This document shows positions 34,659 through 47,674 of a DNA stretch of 64,000 nt, piece by piece (the stretch's first letter is position 1; each line of letters starts with the position of its first letter). Below the pieces are notes generated by a model. That model was not told the DNA's origin and searched no databases. It worked only from the letters and a program-made list of their open reading frames with translations. This DNA comes from Euglena gracilis. Its lineage: Eukaryota. Where the stretch lies: assembly GCA_039621445.1 (NCBI GenBank), contig CP154954.1, positions 24,502,954 through 24,566,953 on the forward strand, given 5' to 3'. The translations under genes and the position numbers were made by a program.

Positions 34659-37600
34659 TACAAGGCTCAGAAAGAAGCTTGGCAGAAGTGTCCATCAAAT
34701 CACCGACTTGATGGATTTGCTTTGGGACTGCTTGAAATCCTCCAATTGTTTTGGGGCTTTGTTGCACCTTCGTTGTTCTCTGGCCCAGTGCTTGTCCAGA
34801 CATGAGGGGGAGGGCAGCTGGCAGTGTATGTCTCTTTGTGGTTTTGCAGACCATAAAGAGGAGGAGGTTGGGGAGGGTGTTGCCAGAAAGGTGCTGCGAG
34901 AGGGTACCCTCGGTGCCTCCGATTCTCTGGTGCCCAACAGTCATTCAGAAGGGTATTTTTCCTGGTTGGGACTCTGCCTGGACACAAACCTGACCCCCCT
35001 CCCAGGGTGGTCCTCCGCACCCAACGAGAGAGGTATTCAAATAACGAAATAGGTTCTCAACCATCGCCCATGCCCATGGTTTGCGTTGATGAGCCCTGTG
35101 TGCAACCTAGCAACTCTTTAGTGTGCCACGGGTGGCGATGCGCTGTCCCTCCTCTGCCTGTGAGAGGTGGTTGGCCTGTGCTGATCCCTGCTGTGACAGC
35201 AGGACACCGCGGTGCAGTTGCCTGTCGAGTTCAGGCACATCGCATGCAGGTTTTTCTCATTGGTCGGCATTTTTCCTGGACCATCCAGAATTGTGTTGTC
35301 GCAAGGTTGCTCTCCGTGGCCATAGATTCGCTTCACACCTGCGTGACCCCTCCGGGAGGATTTTGCGAATGGGTGGGTGGTGGGTCGCTGGACCCCCCAG
35401 GGGGGTGTTCCATGGGCAGGCTTCTTTTTTGGGGGTTTGCACCCCGGGGGTTGCCATGGGCAGGCAGGAGGGTAGGGGGTCATGTTTTGGGCGTGGGCAG
35501 TGCTGTAGCACACCCACCAAAAATTGGCTTGGTTGGCGGGCCCAAAACCTCCTCGGGGGGGGGGGGGAGGTACCTGCTTTGGGCAGGCACCCCATATCAC
35601 AAGGCACTCCCTCCCCCACATATGGCATAAAGTGGAGCCCCCACAGTTGAAATATGGGGTACTGTGGGGGGGTATGTGTGGGGTGTGGGGGGGGGTAGTG
35701 GGGGGTAGTGGGGGGTGTGGGGTGTGTGTGGGGGTGGGGGGGGTGTCCGGAAAGATTAGGTGTTGGATGCACAGATAAAGGATGATGCTATTTTTGTTAT
35801 GGGGGTCCGCCCCCCCAAGTAAGTCAAAATTTTAATTTATTTTTTATTTTTTGAAAAGAAATTTTATGTGTGGGGTATTGTGGTGGGTGTGGGGGTAGTG
35901 AGGGGGGTGGGGGGTGGGGGGGTGGGGGTTCCATTTTACGCCATCTCTCCCCCCCAGGGTTGGTAAAAGCAAGGCCATATGGGTCAGTGCCTGTCTGAAG
36001 CCTGGGCTGGAAAAACAGTTGTTCAGGTGTTTCAGCCAAGTTTGAGTGGGTTTTGGGTGGGTGGGTGGGGGAGACCGTGCATGGGTTGGTTTTCGAAAAA
36101 AGTGGGCGGGTTTGAGCCTGGAAGAAGAGCCCCCCCCCCCTGGCTCAGTAAGTGGAAATGGTCAGAATTTGTATCTGCAATGGGGATGGAGCTGCTGGCG
36201 TTGACGCCAGATGCCTTGATGCATTTCGACCCACAGGCAGAGGAAGAAGAGAAATCTTCAGCCAAAAATGAGAAATTCCGCCACAGCTCAGCCCGCTTCT
36301 TCCAGTTCACAGCGCACCATATGATGGCCTGAATACTAACCCGTGACGTGCAAACGGTTCGCCATTTCCGCACCTTTTTTGTTTCCATGTCGCTGCTTGC
36401 GATGCCCAGTTCGGGCTGGGTTGGAGGATCAATGCCACCAAGGGGGGTGGTGTCATCCAGCCTGCCCAAATTTTCAGCCATTTCTGCACCCCTGGCCCAC
36501 GGGTCCTCGTAGGGACTGTTCAGAAAGGGTCAGTACAGCCCGCTCAGAGGTTAGTATTCCATACCTGCCCCTGGGAAACGGCCTGCTACCCACTGTTATC
36601 GCTGACCTGCCTCATAGGAGCCTGCTGCAACGCTTGCACCCGCTGACTGTCTTCCATTAATCTTTAAGGATTTTATGCTTTTTTTTTGAAAAACTATTTT
36701 CCCAAGTCGAAAAAAAATTGCTTCCGTTTTTTTCCCTCATTTTGATCCCGATTTTCTGTGACAAAAATTGCCAATTTTGCCATTTTTTGCATTTTTTTGG
36801 TCAACAAATGGCCTTTTTTTATGCAAATGAAAATCTTTTCCTGGTGGAGGTGGAATTTCTTCTTCCTTTCCAGTAGAAAGTGCACATCCCGGGGAGCTCC
36901 TGAAGGATTTTCCATATGCAATTTTCTTTTTTTTTGCATTCTTTTGTGTTTTTTTTTGTGCCTTCTTTTTTGCGCCTGTGCGTTGGAAGAGTTGTTTTTT
37001 TTTGGCGTCGTGTTCTCCAAGGATCCATATGTTGCGTTCCCTCTCCCTGGTGGATGAGGCTGGTGGTAGGGTGGCCAGGTTTTCTGATAAACACATGATC
37101 GCAAATCAGCACAAAATTTGGACTTCCCAAAAAGACTTCCCAAAAACATAGGTAATCACAAATGACCACCAACAGCTGATTTTTTCCTTTTCTTTGGACG
37201 TCTGAAAATACCTTTCGATTCAGGATTAATTTCCCTATTCCGATAACTTATTGATGAATTCACCAAGCAGTGCCTGAGGAAGGGGGAAAATAGGTCGGAG
37301 AGAATTGGGCGTTGAAGTTGCAACGTGAAGTTTGGTGTGTTGAAATTATTCTGCCACCTGAGGATTAAATTTTTCCACAATTTCTCTGAGGACGAATTTT
37401 GGGAACAAACATTGAACACAGGGCTGTCTTTCGGAAATTTCCATCACATCCCATCACATTCAATGATCCTCAGGATAAAGTACCAACTACCTCCCCCCCC
37501 CCCCGCCCGCTTGGCCCCCCTCCTCCTTACATGCAAACTTGGCCCCCCTAAAATTGACCTTTAGCCTTTAGCACATGGCTGCTGAAATTCTTAATTTTTC

Positions 37601-38027
37601 AAACTTGGCCCCCCAAAGGATGGCCCCCTGGCCTTACCTTCAATCATGGCACGGGGAGGGGGAGGTAATTGCCTTTTGCCCTTTGTGTTTGGAAAAAGAC
37701 GAATTCTGTTGTCCTTGGACTTCCGCCCAATGCATCAAAACAAGCACGTTCCCTGCCCCCCCTCAGGCAGGGCTGGACGGGAATCCCCAAAATCTCAGGG
37801 TCATCCTGGGGGTAGGGGGTCCACCACCTGGGCCTTCCCTTTGTTTCCGGTGGTACCTTTACGTCCAACTTTTCTTCCGGCGCCTCGGTGCCAATGGAGT
37901 TTTCTTTGAACGGGTGCCACGGTGGGCGGGAGTTGACCCCCCCCCCAGGCCTTCCCGTACAGCCCTGCCCCCCAGGGCAACTGCCTGCAGGTGCTTCTTC
38001 CCCTGACCCTCCCTTCAGAGACAACCG

Positions 38028-38464
38028 ATGGGCTGCGCCACCTCGTGCCCCAGCGCCCCCGGCCCTGCGGAGGCCTCCCCGGCTCCCCCGGTCGCCGACC
38101 CCCCGACCGGGTCCAACGGCCCCACGCGGCCCCGCCTCCCGACCCGGCGGAACAACGAGGGAGGCGCCCAGGGACCGGAGGAGAGCGGAGGCCGGTGGGG
38201 GCGACGGTGCCGGAGGAAGCCGGGCGACCCCGTGGGGGACCGGCGCGGTTGACGCTGTGGTTTGACCCGGGTCGGGACAGCGGCCGGGCCCCGCCTCCCC
38301 CGGCGCGCCGTCCGCCGACCGCCTCGGCCTCGGTCCCTGGCCACGGCTCCGGCGACCCCGCCCGTTGCCGGCGCGCCGCCGCCCGGAATGGGCGATCAAC
38401 GGAGCGCCGCACCGTCTCGTTCGATGGCCTGGAGCAGGTGGAGGAGGAGCCCTCTCCCGGCCAG
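38028..38464 (+). CDS. Paralog 3, first exon(s): MGCATSC...; contains a frame change
   Basis: ATG 9 nt after CCCTTCAG; very GC-rich; ends RRTVSFDGLEQVEEEPSPGQ|GCATTC. The ATG frame stops at 38252. Confidence 0.6.
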
Positions 38465-39255
38465 GCATTCGGTCCCCAATGGGCCTGCCCCCCGCCGCCG
38501 ATACAATTTGGATTCCCTCCCCCAACAGTTTGCAAACAGTTTTTTTTTTGGTGAAAAGATGTTTTGTTGAAGGTCGATCGCTGTTGCGAGCATGTTTTTC
38601 ACTGGCCCACCTATTTGCGCCCAAAAATGCGACGCAAGAGAGGTTCGCTTTCCAGTGTCTTAATTTTAGACGCGTTTTCACCCTTGCATGGCTTCGCAAA
38701 TGCCATTTTTCTTCTGAGAATTGGATTATACAAGATCAATAGATCAATGTCCAACAGTGCCTTTCCAAAAAAATAATATAAAAAATAATAAATAAAATGA
38801 AAAAAAATTTCGAATGGAAATTAATTTCAAAGGGAATTTCCACAATTTGTTTTTATGGGGAGAGCCATATGCAGGCCTTGTCACTGATGCAGATGCCGAA
38901 ATGAGTGTAGAATCACAGCGATGACTCATCCTGATGCGGCATTTCATTCGTGTTTTTCTTTGGTGCGTTTTTTGTGTGTGTGTTCTGTAGAAAGTGATTG
39001 GAAGTCGCTCTGCAACAAGGTTGGGTTTTGTTTATTGCATTTCTGGGGAGGTCCCAAAAACAACCCAAAAAATTTAGTACCCCCTAAAAAACAAATTTTG
39101 GGATTTTGGATCAAAAAACCACAACAAAATGGGAAACTGGGGAAAATGAGGAAAATACCAACCTTGTCTGCAAAAGAAATTATTCCTCCAATTACTGGAT
39201 TTTTTAATCGTTTCGTTTTCCCGACGAACAGCATTCTGGTGGTGTGCCTTTGCGC

Positions 39256-39449
<194 letters not shown>

Positions 39450-39489
39450 ACCGCTTGCCTGTCCCATCAACCTCCGTGTGCTTCTCCAG

Positions 39490-39604
39490 GAGGAAACGGA
39501 GATGGTCCATTCCCCAGTGGCCCAGGGAAACCCTCCGCCAAAGGAGCGGCAGAAAGCCGTCAGCTTTGCCCTCCCGACGGAGCCCGGGCTCCCCCGCACC
39601 AAGG
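39490..39604 (+). CDS. Paralog 3, putative second exon (EETEMVHSPVAQGNPPPKERQKAVSFALPTEPGLPRTK)
   Basis: CTTCTCCAG| acceptor in phase 0, matching the donor at 38465; 3' border uncertain. Confidence 0.55.
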
Positions 39605-39749
39605 GGTTCTGCGACCCCCCGTTTGCCTTTGCCAAGGTTGCTGCCGTGGGCTTTGCTGCCAAAAACCTTGCGGGCCATTGGGTGCGCATGTGTATGTTTT
39701 TCCCCGGGGGGGCTCCTAAAGGATTTTGCATGCAATTTGTGTTTCTTTT

Positions 39750-39862
39750 GTGTGTTTTTTGTGTTTATTTGCAGTTTATTTGTGTGTTTTTTTTGTGTTT
39801 ATTTGCAGTTTATTTGTGTGTTTTTTATGTTTATTTGCAGTTTATTTGTGTTTTTTTTTGTG
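39750..39862. repeat. ~29-bp T-rich minisatellite (TGTGTTTTTTGTGTTTATTTGCAGTTTATT)
   Basis: About 3.5 tandem units. Confidence 0.85.
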
Positions 39863-40235
39863 TCACATTTTTTGAGGGTCGATGTTGCGTCCCCCTCCTC
39901 CTGTTGAGATTTGGATAATAGAGTATGGGTGGAACAGCCGAACGTCAAAAAAATTTCCATCAAACATTCTGCATTCCTGATGATGCACCCACACGCCGAA
40001 GCATGGGGGAAAAAGTGCTGAAAGAATTGGAAGAATTGGAAGAATTGGAAGAACTGACCCTGGAGCCGAAGGCGCCGGGGGCCCGGAAAAGGCCGTGAAT
40101 GAAAATTTCAATTCAAATAATTGAGTTAAAATTTTCTTGATCCCCCCTGGACCCCCCCCCCGGGGGGTGTGTCTGCTAGGGGCAGGCACCCTAAGGCACC
40201 CCCTTCCCCCCCGCAGACATTCATTTAGTGTGGTA

Positions 40236-40826
40236 CCGGGGGGGGGGGGGACTTGTACGGGAAAAAATGTTGTGGGAGAAATTCTGGACGAAAATTTGTC
40301 CAGGATTTTTCCCGCCTTTTTAAGGATCCGTCCAGGATTTTTCCCGGCAGATTTAAGGAAAGTTCAATTTCCTCCAGTGAATGACCCCCCAAAAAATCTT
40401 CGGCGCTGCGCGCCGATTTGCAGCAGGAATATTTCTTCCTCTCAGGAATCGGTGTTTTTCCCAACCGCCCCAAACCCCTTTGAAGCGTGCGTTAACCCAC
40501 AGCGCGAGGTCCGCCCCAAAGAGAGCCTGTGCATAAGTTGTGTGCCAGAAGCCGCTTTGTGTCTGTTAACACGGCGGTCTTATCACCCCAGCGGAATGAA
40601 CGCGTTCTGTTTGGTTTCACCAGTTTGCAGCCATGCTTTCTCATTCAATTGTTGGTCGGCACAAAACCTGGGCGGTTTTTTTTTCAGCTGTCTAATATTT
40701 TTTCCCACCTGGTTTAAGCGAGCGTTCAGGATTTTTCCCGGCATTTTAAGGATTCGTCCAATATTTTTCCCAGCAGAATTTTTCCCGTCGGCAATTGTTC
40801 CCGGTCAGATTTCCCCCCCCCCCCGG
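40236..40826. mobile_element. TA-target MITE nested in 40214-42389
   Basis: TA|CCGGGGGGGGG ... CCCCCCCCCCGG|TA; internal duplicated CAGGATTTTTCCCG block. Confidence 0.75.
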
Positions 40827-41223
40827 TACGCCAAGGTAGTCTTTTTGTGGTTCACCGTGGACAACAAGATTTTTGGTGGTTCACATATGGACACCAAAAA
40901 TTTTTTATGGTTCACATGTGTACGCCAAAAAAATATTATGGTTCACATGTGTGCCGCGGCAAAAACTCAATTGTGCGCCTCGTGCACCGCGGGAAAAAAT
41001 TTGCGCTGCGGAGCGGTGCACTAAGTGAAAGTCTGAAGTCAATGTTGCGGCTCTATGAATGTTTTCCAAAAAAGAAGGATTTGACAGTTGGGAAACGCTT
41101 CCATTCATCACGGTGGATGACATAGCACAAATGGCGATTCCCCAAGGAGTTCGGCGTTTGATAGAGGAGGCCAAAAAATTGATTGGTCCCACATCCTCCA
41201 CCGTTGTGAACCGTGTCTGGGAG

Positions 41224-41583
41224 CAGGCTTTTGCTTAAGGGCTTGCAGTACCCCCCCCGGGGGGGCTGGACTGCAGCTAGTCCAAATTTGGCCAGTGGGA
41301 TTTCTAGCAGACCCCCCCGGGGGGGTCTGCTAGCAGGGCTAGCTAGTGGAATTTTTTTTCCAGTGACCTCATTTCCACTCCGGTGCGCAGCGCCGGAGGA
41401 AAAAAATTTTTCCAGTGGGGGGGACCCCCCGGGGGGGGAAGGGGGGTCCTAGCTAGTCCATTTTTTCCAGTGTCTAGCCGATTGGCGAGCCAGTACCCCC
41501 CGGGGAGGGTACTGGCTCCTTAAGCAGCCAGTGCCTTTAAGCAAAAGGGTACTTTTGCTTAAGTACCCTTAAGCAAAAGCCTG
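41224..41583. mobile_element. hAT-like MITE, CTAGCTAG family; relatives at ~43990-44340 (inverted), 48804-~49330 and ~59560-59800
   Basis: Perfect TIR CAGGCTTTTGCTTAAGGG / CCCTTAAGCAAAAGCCTG; exact 8-bp TSD TCTGGGAG at 41216-41223 and 41584-41591. Confidence 0.92.
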
Positions 41584-44500
41584 TCTGGGAGCCCCAGGTT
41601 GAACCAGCCTGAACCGGCGTCTGGGACGCCAGTTCGGGCAGGAAATTTCGGCGTCCAGGTGAAACATTTGAATTTCGAAGAAAACAGGGTCGGAACGTGC
41701 GATCGCCGATTTTCAGAGCGCTGTGCATTGTGGCTGAGTTCTGAGGGTACCAAGCGAAAGGTCTCGATGAGAGCTTTCAATTGATATGCTGTATGGTTCC
41801 TGAGCTGGTGGATTTGACAAATTAATATGTCAAATTTTGGAATACACAATCGCTGAAAATAAGAGTTCTGTGCATTACGGTTTTATTCTGTGGACATTTG
41901 TCAAAAGCCCTTGACAAGAGCTTTCGATGGATGGGCAACCCCAATGTCCCAAACATGGGAATTTGGGGTGATTACTCAGACGCCGGTTCGGACGTGAAGC
42001 CAGATCCCCCTAGAAACGATTTCAAAAACTGTGTCCCAGGCACTGGCTTCATGCCCGAACCGGCGTCTGGGACACAGTTCTCAATATGGTAGTGGTGGAT
42101 GTTTCTAACCCATGTGAACCTCTCAATTGACCCTGGGATATGGGTGCCGCACATGCACTAGGGCTCTGCATGTACGGTACAAGGGAGTGGCGACCCTTCT
42201 CCAACCACAGCGGTGGGGTGTGATTGAGCCAGGGCCAAAGTTCACAATGTGACACGTGGCTGAGGTGCCGACAGATGAATCAATAAATTTTGTGGACACC
42301 AATTGTTTTTTTTTTGTGGTTCATTTGTGGACACCAAAAAAAATTGTGGTTCACACGTCTTTTTTTGACCCACACTAAATGAATGTCTGCCCCTCCCCCC
42401 GGTCGGTGAGCACAAGCATGGTTGCAGTGGGGAAGTAGTGAAGCCCCCCCCCCGTCCCCAGCACGGCCCACCCCCTTCTACTGCGGTGCACGTCCCACAG
42501 AAGTGGGCTGAACCACGCCCGCTGCCCCACGTCAGCCATCCAATAGCTGGAATATTGTTGGTATTCAGGACACACAGGTGGAGAAATGACTGACTGTTCC
42601 CTCCTATGCAGTCACTGACTGCTTTTTTTTTAATGCCTAGGGGTCCCTCCCCGAGCTTGAGTTTCCAAAGAAAGTAGGGCTCTTCCTTGACTTGGGTTGC
42701 CGCCTTTCCCACGCGGCATTGTGTTCCCCCCGGCGCAAGGTGCACGTGATTGGCGGATCACCCCCCGGTCATGCAAGCCGGCCCACCCGCCACCGGCAGC
42801 AAGTGGATGCCCCGCCCCCCCTGCCCTTGACGACCTCGCGTTGCCGCGGGTGCAGTGCTTGCTCTGAGGAGGCCTTGGACTGCTGCTGGCGGCTCAATGG
42901 CCCGGGCTGTTGTCCCCCCCCCCTGTTTGAGGGGAACCCCCACCCCCTTGCCACCTCCAGGCCAAGCACCTCCAGCAACAAATCCCGACGATTTCACCAA
43001 GGTTTTTGCAGCGTGGAAGAGATTGGGTTGTGATCCGGTCAACCACGACAAATGACGAATCAGAATTAATCTAAACTGGTAAACTGAGCGTAAATATGCA
43101 TCAAAAGTGGGATGCAGAGTGTTTTTTTTTTGAGAATGTGGAACGATTTGTAATCGCTCCTCCAAAACCTTTTGGATGTGCAGCTTATATCAGTCTGTCT
43201 CCGTGGTTCTTCCCCTAGGAGTGTTGTTTCTTTCCCTTCACTGGCATTTCTTTGTGGTTCTTTGAATGGCCCATCCTGTTTCTGTAAGAATATTACCCCA
43301 CCCTCAAATTGGCCACCAAAATCCTACATTGTTCACCGTCAGGGCTGTTTGCCCCTCTGACATGTTGACGTTTCCCCCAAAGTTAGCCCTCAACCGTGGC
43401 CCAAGCAAAGCCTGGGGACGGTTGGCTGATTTCAAGCCCTGGCACTCAACCACACATTCATTAAGCTTGGCAAGGTCCTCCCTCCTGGGTTTATTGAAGA
43501 CTTTTGTGTCGCTGGCACAAGGGACAATCTGGCCGGACTGTTTAATCTGTTTTATGGTTGCTAATGTTGTGGGTCGGTCGGATGGGTGGATCATCCTTCT
43601 GTTTAACTCAGCAGACCCCCCCTGGGGGGAGGGTGTGGGTGTCTGGGGCTGGACCCTCCCCACACCGCATTTGCTGGGAGGCAAACCTGAGCAGTGGCAT
43701 ACGTTTTGTGCTGTTCTGGCACAATGGGATTTTGTGGCATCAAGCGTAGCTGTAAAAGTTAATACTACCCACCCAAAACCTACCCCCTTTGTTGTACTGA
43801 GGCTTCAGGCCTGCTTATGGCCTGGCTTTGCCGCTGGTGGTGAGTGACCAGGTACCCCTACCAAAACCCCGCCCCCCGGGGGGGGATCGAAAATGCCCTA
43901 CCACCCTGCCCATAGCACCCTCCCGGGGGGGGGGGGGGGCGGGGACCCGAAAATGGCCATTTCAAAGCCTGGGTCGATAGGCACCTCCCCCCCGTGGGGG
44001 GGGGGGGGGGTCCAGGGGTCCCCCCCCACTGGAAAAAAAATTTCCTCCAGCGCTGCGCGCCGAGGTGGAAATGAGGTTTTTAATAGGTTTTTGGCTGATT
44101 TTGTTCCAAAAATTCTCAAAATGGCCAAAAACGGGCATTTTTGGCCATTTTGGGGGGTCCCAAATAAAATTTCCGGCGCTTCGCGCCAGCTACCGGAAAA
44201 AAAATTTCCACTAGCTAGCCCTGCTAGCAGACCCCCCCGGGGGGGTCTGTTAGAAATCCCAATAGCCAAAATTTGGATTAGGCAGTCCAGCCCCCCGGGG
44301 GGGGGGGGGGGGGTACTGCAATCCCTAAAGCAGAAGCCTGGCCCCCACCCTGCCAGGGAAGCAGGCCGGGTTGTTTCCACGGGGTTCGGCTTCGGCTCTC
44401 TACCGTCACCGTTGCCCGCCACAGGGTTGACGTCCTGCAGAGTGCTTGCTGCCGGCCCCCGAATCGCTTCCTGCCCCAGTTCCTTCTCTGTCCTTACCTT

Positions 44501-45022
44501 CACCTCGACCGTCTCCAGACGAAGAGATGTGTGGGCGGCCTCCTCCCAACCTAGCCCCCGATTGACGTACTCCCCTCTGTCACCCATGACAGCATGACAA
44601 TTATGTCGAGGTTCCGACCAGGCTGAACTTGAACGTGAGGTCGACTCCATCGTGGGAGGCCTGTTTGGACAGACAAACTTTTGGGGGAGTTGGACATGGC
44701 AAACAGTGGCCCAACCGTGGTCCAGGCAGTCTTGTGCCAGAGCCTCCAACAATAAATAATATTTTTGTGGCAATTTTCCGCCCAAAACTAGTTAGGAGCG
44801 ACCTGGTCCGACCAGTCCGACCCCCCCCCCAGGCTTTCCCGTATTCCCGTTTTTGGGGGGGCACCAATTTTTCAGGTCAAAGTTCTCCTTTGGCGCCAAA
44901 GGAGGCTTCTTTGGCCAGGTGCCGTAGTGGGTAGGGCGGTCCAACCCCCCCACTTCCTGCACAGCCCTGACGACCCCCCAAAAGTATTTGTGGGTGCTTT
45001 GTGCTTTGTGGGAGCTCCCCCC

Positions 45023-45803
45023 CATACAATCACTTAGTCACCAGGGGGTGACTGGTTTTTTTCAGAGTGACTGACTGTTTGTTTTCAGAGCAGGAGGGTC
45101 AAGAAAGAAACCACCAATTTTTTCGACTTTTTTTCCCGTTTTTGGTCAAATTCCCTTTGGATTCCAGAGTGGCCGACCCCTCCTGAGGGGGGGGGGTAGC
45201 AGGGATGGATGGGAAGCCCTTCGGTATTGAGGTAGGTGGTAGGGGGGGGGTCCCGACTCCCCCCCCCCCGGGGGGGTGAGGTGGTAGGGGGGTGTCCCGA
45301 CCCCCCCCCAGATGTTGGGAGGGGGGTCCGGACCCCCCACCCCCCTCCTCCTTGACAGGTGCCAAATATAGCAGAAAATTTTCAAATGAGCAAAAAAACA
45401 CCCCTTTTGCTGATTTTTGGCCATATTGCCCATTTTTTGATGTGTCGGTGTTTTCCCCCAAAAACATGTTCAAAAAAATTCAAAAAATGAGCGTTTTTGG
45501 ATCGATTTTCAAAGAAAAATCAGGGGGGTTTTGACCGATTCCGACCCGATTTCCGGCCCTTTGCCCATCCATGAAATCGAAAAAATTTCGCCTCCCCCCT
45601 CAGTTTCGAGGTAGGAGGGGGGGGTCCGACCCACCCCGCCCCTCCGTGTCGGGAGGGGGGGTCCGACCCCCCCCCTCAAGGCTTCCCATCCATCCCTGGG
45701 GGGTAATGACTGACTGGTTTTCTGGGGGAAAAAGTGAGTGACTGGTTTTTGGAAGAGTGAAAGTGACCCCCCTTCCCCCTGGGGGTCGGTAAATAATTGC
45801 ATG
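45023..45803. mobile_element. hAT-like MITE, GTGACTGACTGG family (copy 2) with a nested insertion
   Basis: CATACAATCACTTA / TAAATAATTGCATG; near-TSD GCTCCCCC / GTTCCCCC; colinear with 7716-8046. Confidence 0.8.
45200..45698. mobile_element. hAT-like MITE nested in 45023-45803
   Basis: TIR CAGGGATGGATGGGAAGCC / GGCTTCCCATCCATCCCTG; TSD GGGGGTAG / GGGGGTAA; empty site GGGGGGTAG|TGACTG in the 7716-8046 copy. Confidence 0.9.
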
Positions 45804-47235
45804 GTTCCCCCTCCGGGGGAATTGGTCCAGTTCGGCCTGATTCCAACCACCGTGATGGCCTCTCATCAGTTGTGGTGTACAGTGGTTGGGCAGATCCTTG
45901 GTAGGGAAAGGGTGCATACTGCAGCAGGTGTTTGGGGCCTCTGTCAGACCAAATATGTCCCTGGGGAGCTTATATGGCCCCCAGTCGCCGTTCTGGCCGC
46001 CGACCTATGTTCGAACTCAGTTTTGTGGTCCAAGACAGCATTTGGGGGGGGGGGGGCAAAAAAAAAGGTTGTTCCGGCGCGCTTTTGCGGCCCAAAACGC
46101 CATTTTGAGGTTGTTTTTTTCGATTTTTTTCAAAATACCTCGACAATGAAGCAAAATCAAAGAAATGTCCGAAGAGCAAAAATAAAGCCCTTGGAATGCC
46201 CTGTCCAACCATGGTTTTCTTTTCCCCCAACTCTTTGTGTAGCCCGAGTTACGGACAATTTTCGGCCAATTTTGGCCATATTGTGCAGTTTTGGCCTGTT
46301 TTGACTTGGCCTTTTTTAGGTCAAAAAATTCGAAAAAAAATACCCAAAACCATGTTTATTGGCCTCCCGGACCCAGAAAAGCCGTTTCAAGCCGAAAATG
46401 AGTGTTTTTCGACCCCCCCCCCCCCAGCCCCCCATTTTCGGCATGAAACCCATGCATTTTGGTTCACTTCCGGGTCAGAAAATTTCAAAAAATCGATTTT
46501 TTTTATACCAAAAGTCTCACCCTGGCAGAGTCGAAACTGGGACGGGGTGGTGAATCCCACAGTTTGGACCCCTTATCGGCTGAATAACTCAGGCCGGCCC
46601 GGGGGTCAGGGTCAAACGGAGTTGTTTCGGAAAGCCAAGACCCAGTCACACGTGACTGGAACAAAAAAATCCAGAATGGGGCCGGGGTCATGGTGATAAT
46701 CCATGGTTTGCATCACCCACCCCCCTTTCCCTTGGTGGTGAGCCCCACGCTTGCTCTGAAGAGATAAGAGCTCAGCGACCCCTCCCCCCATTTACACCCC
46801 CCCTGCACCTGACCAAACCAGCCAGACCTTATAAATCCCAGGGTGTTTATAAGTGGAGAGTGGGTAGTTTTTCGATAATTTCTTTCCAATACTGGAAATC
46901 TTCCTCGAAACACCACCAGAAAGTTCAGTTCAAAGCTATTTTCCCAGAGTGCAATATCCTTCCCTCCCAAATGCAGGATTCACAATGCTCATTGGGGATA
47001 AATGTTCTTGTTTACACCGTTCGTTCTGTTTCTCAGACACGTTGGAGTTTTTCCTTCATTCATTTCAACTTGTTGGACGTCATGGCTGTGAGCCATCCGG
47101 ATCGATTTTTTTCTGGTTCATCATTTTATGTTGGATTGAATCGCATCTGTATCGATGCTGTTGCCTGGACGTCGCCCAACCACTGCGTTTCTGGCCGCCC
47201 CATACCGCCCCCGCAGAAACCCCGGCCCACCTAAC

Positions 47236-47674
47236 CAGCGGTGTCGGAACAACTTTTTCCCGGGGGGGGGAGGAACCGACAAAATTTGGTGCACATCCTT
47301 TTTTTTCTTGGCGTGAAGCGCCGAGGAAATTTTTTCCTTGGCACAACCAAAACGTATTTTTTTTCTGTCCTCCCGGCCCCTTCGGGGCCGAGACGCTAAC
47401 ACTTTTTTGAAGTCCAATGCCCCAAAAATTGAACCAGAAAAGTGAGATCATGGGTAGAACCCTTCTGGAAACCTCCCAACTCAACCCAAATGTCGACTTC
47501 GCATGTCGAATTTAACTGGTATGGTAGCTCCCGAAGGCAGCCAAGACGGTGACGCCCTTTGAACCATTGAAAATGGCATTTCAAAGAAAAACACCACACT
47601 CATCCCTCAAACTTTTTCTTTCCAAAATCCCGGGGCGGCCGCCCCCCCCCCGACCCCCCCTTGTGACACCTATG
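47236..47674. mobile_element. hAT-like MITE interrupting a coding-like frame (candidate nonconventional intron 47233-47679)
   Basis: Imperfect TIR CAGCGGTGTC / GACACCTATG; exact 8-bp TSD CACCTAAC at 47228-47235 and 47675-47682. Confidence 0.8.

Larger units (their letters stand above)
40214..42389. mobile_element. Composite hAT-like element with ~30-bp GTGGTTCACATGTG subterminal repeats and nested insertions
   Basis: Perfect TIR CAGACATTCATTTAGTGTGG / CCACACTAAATGAATGTCTG; C-rich flanks similar on both sides (TSD blurred by homopolymers). Confidence 0.8.

Noticed and set aside
37644-38699. 351-aa and 244-aa minus-strand ORFs (also 4572-5423 and 31870-32565)
   Set aside because: Antisense shadows of GC-rich + strand exons extended into repeats.
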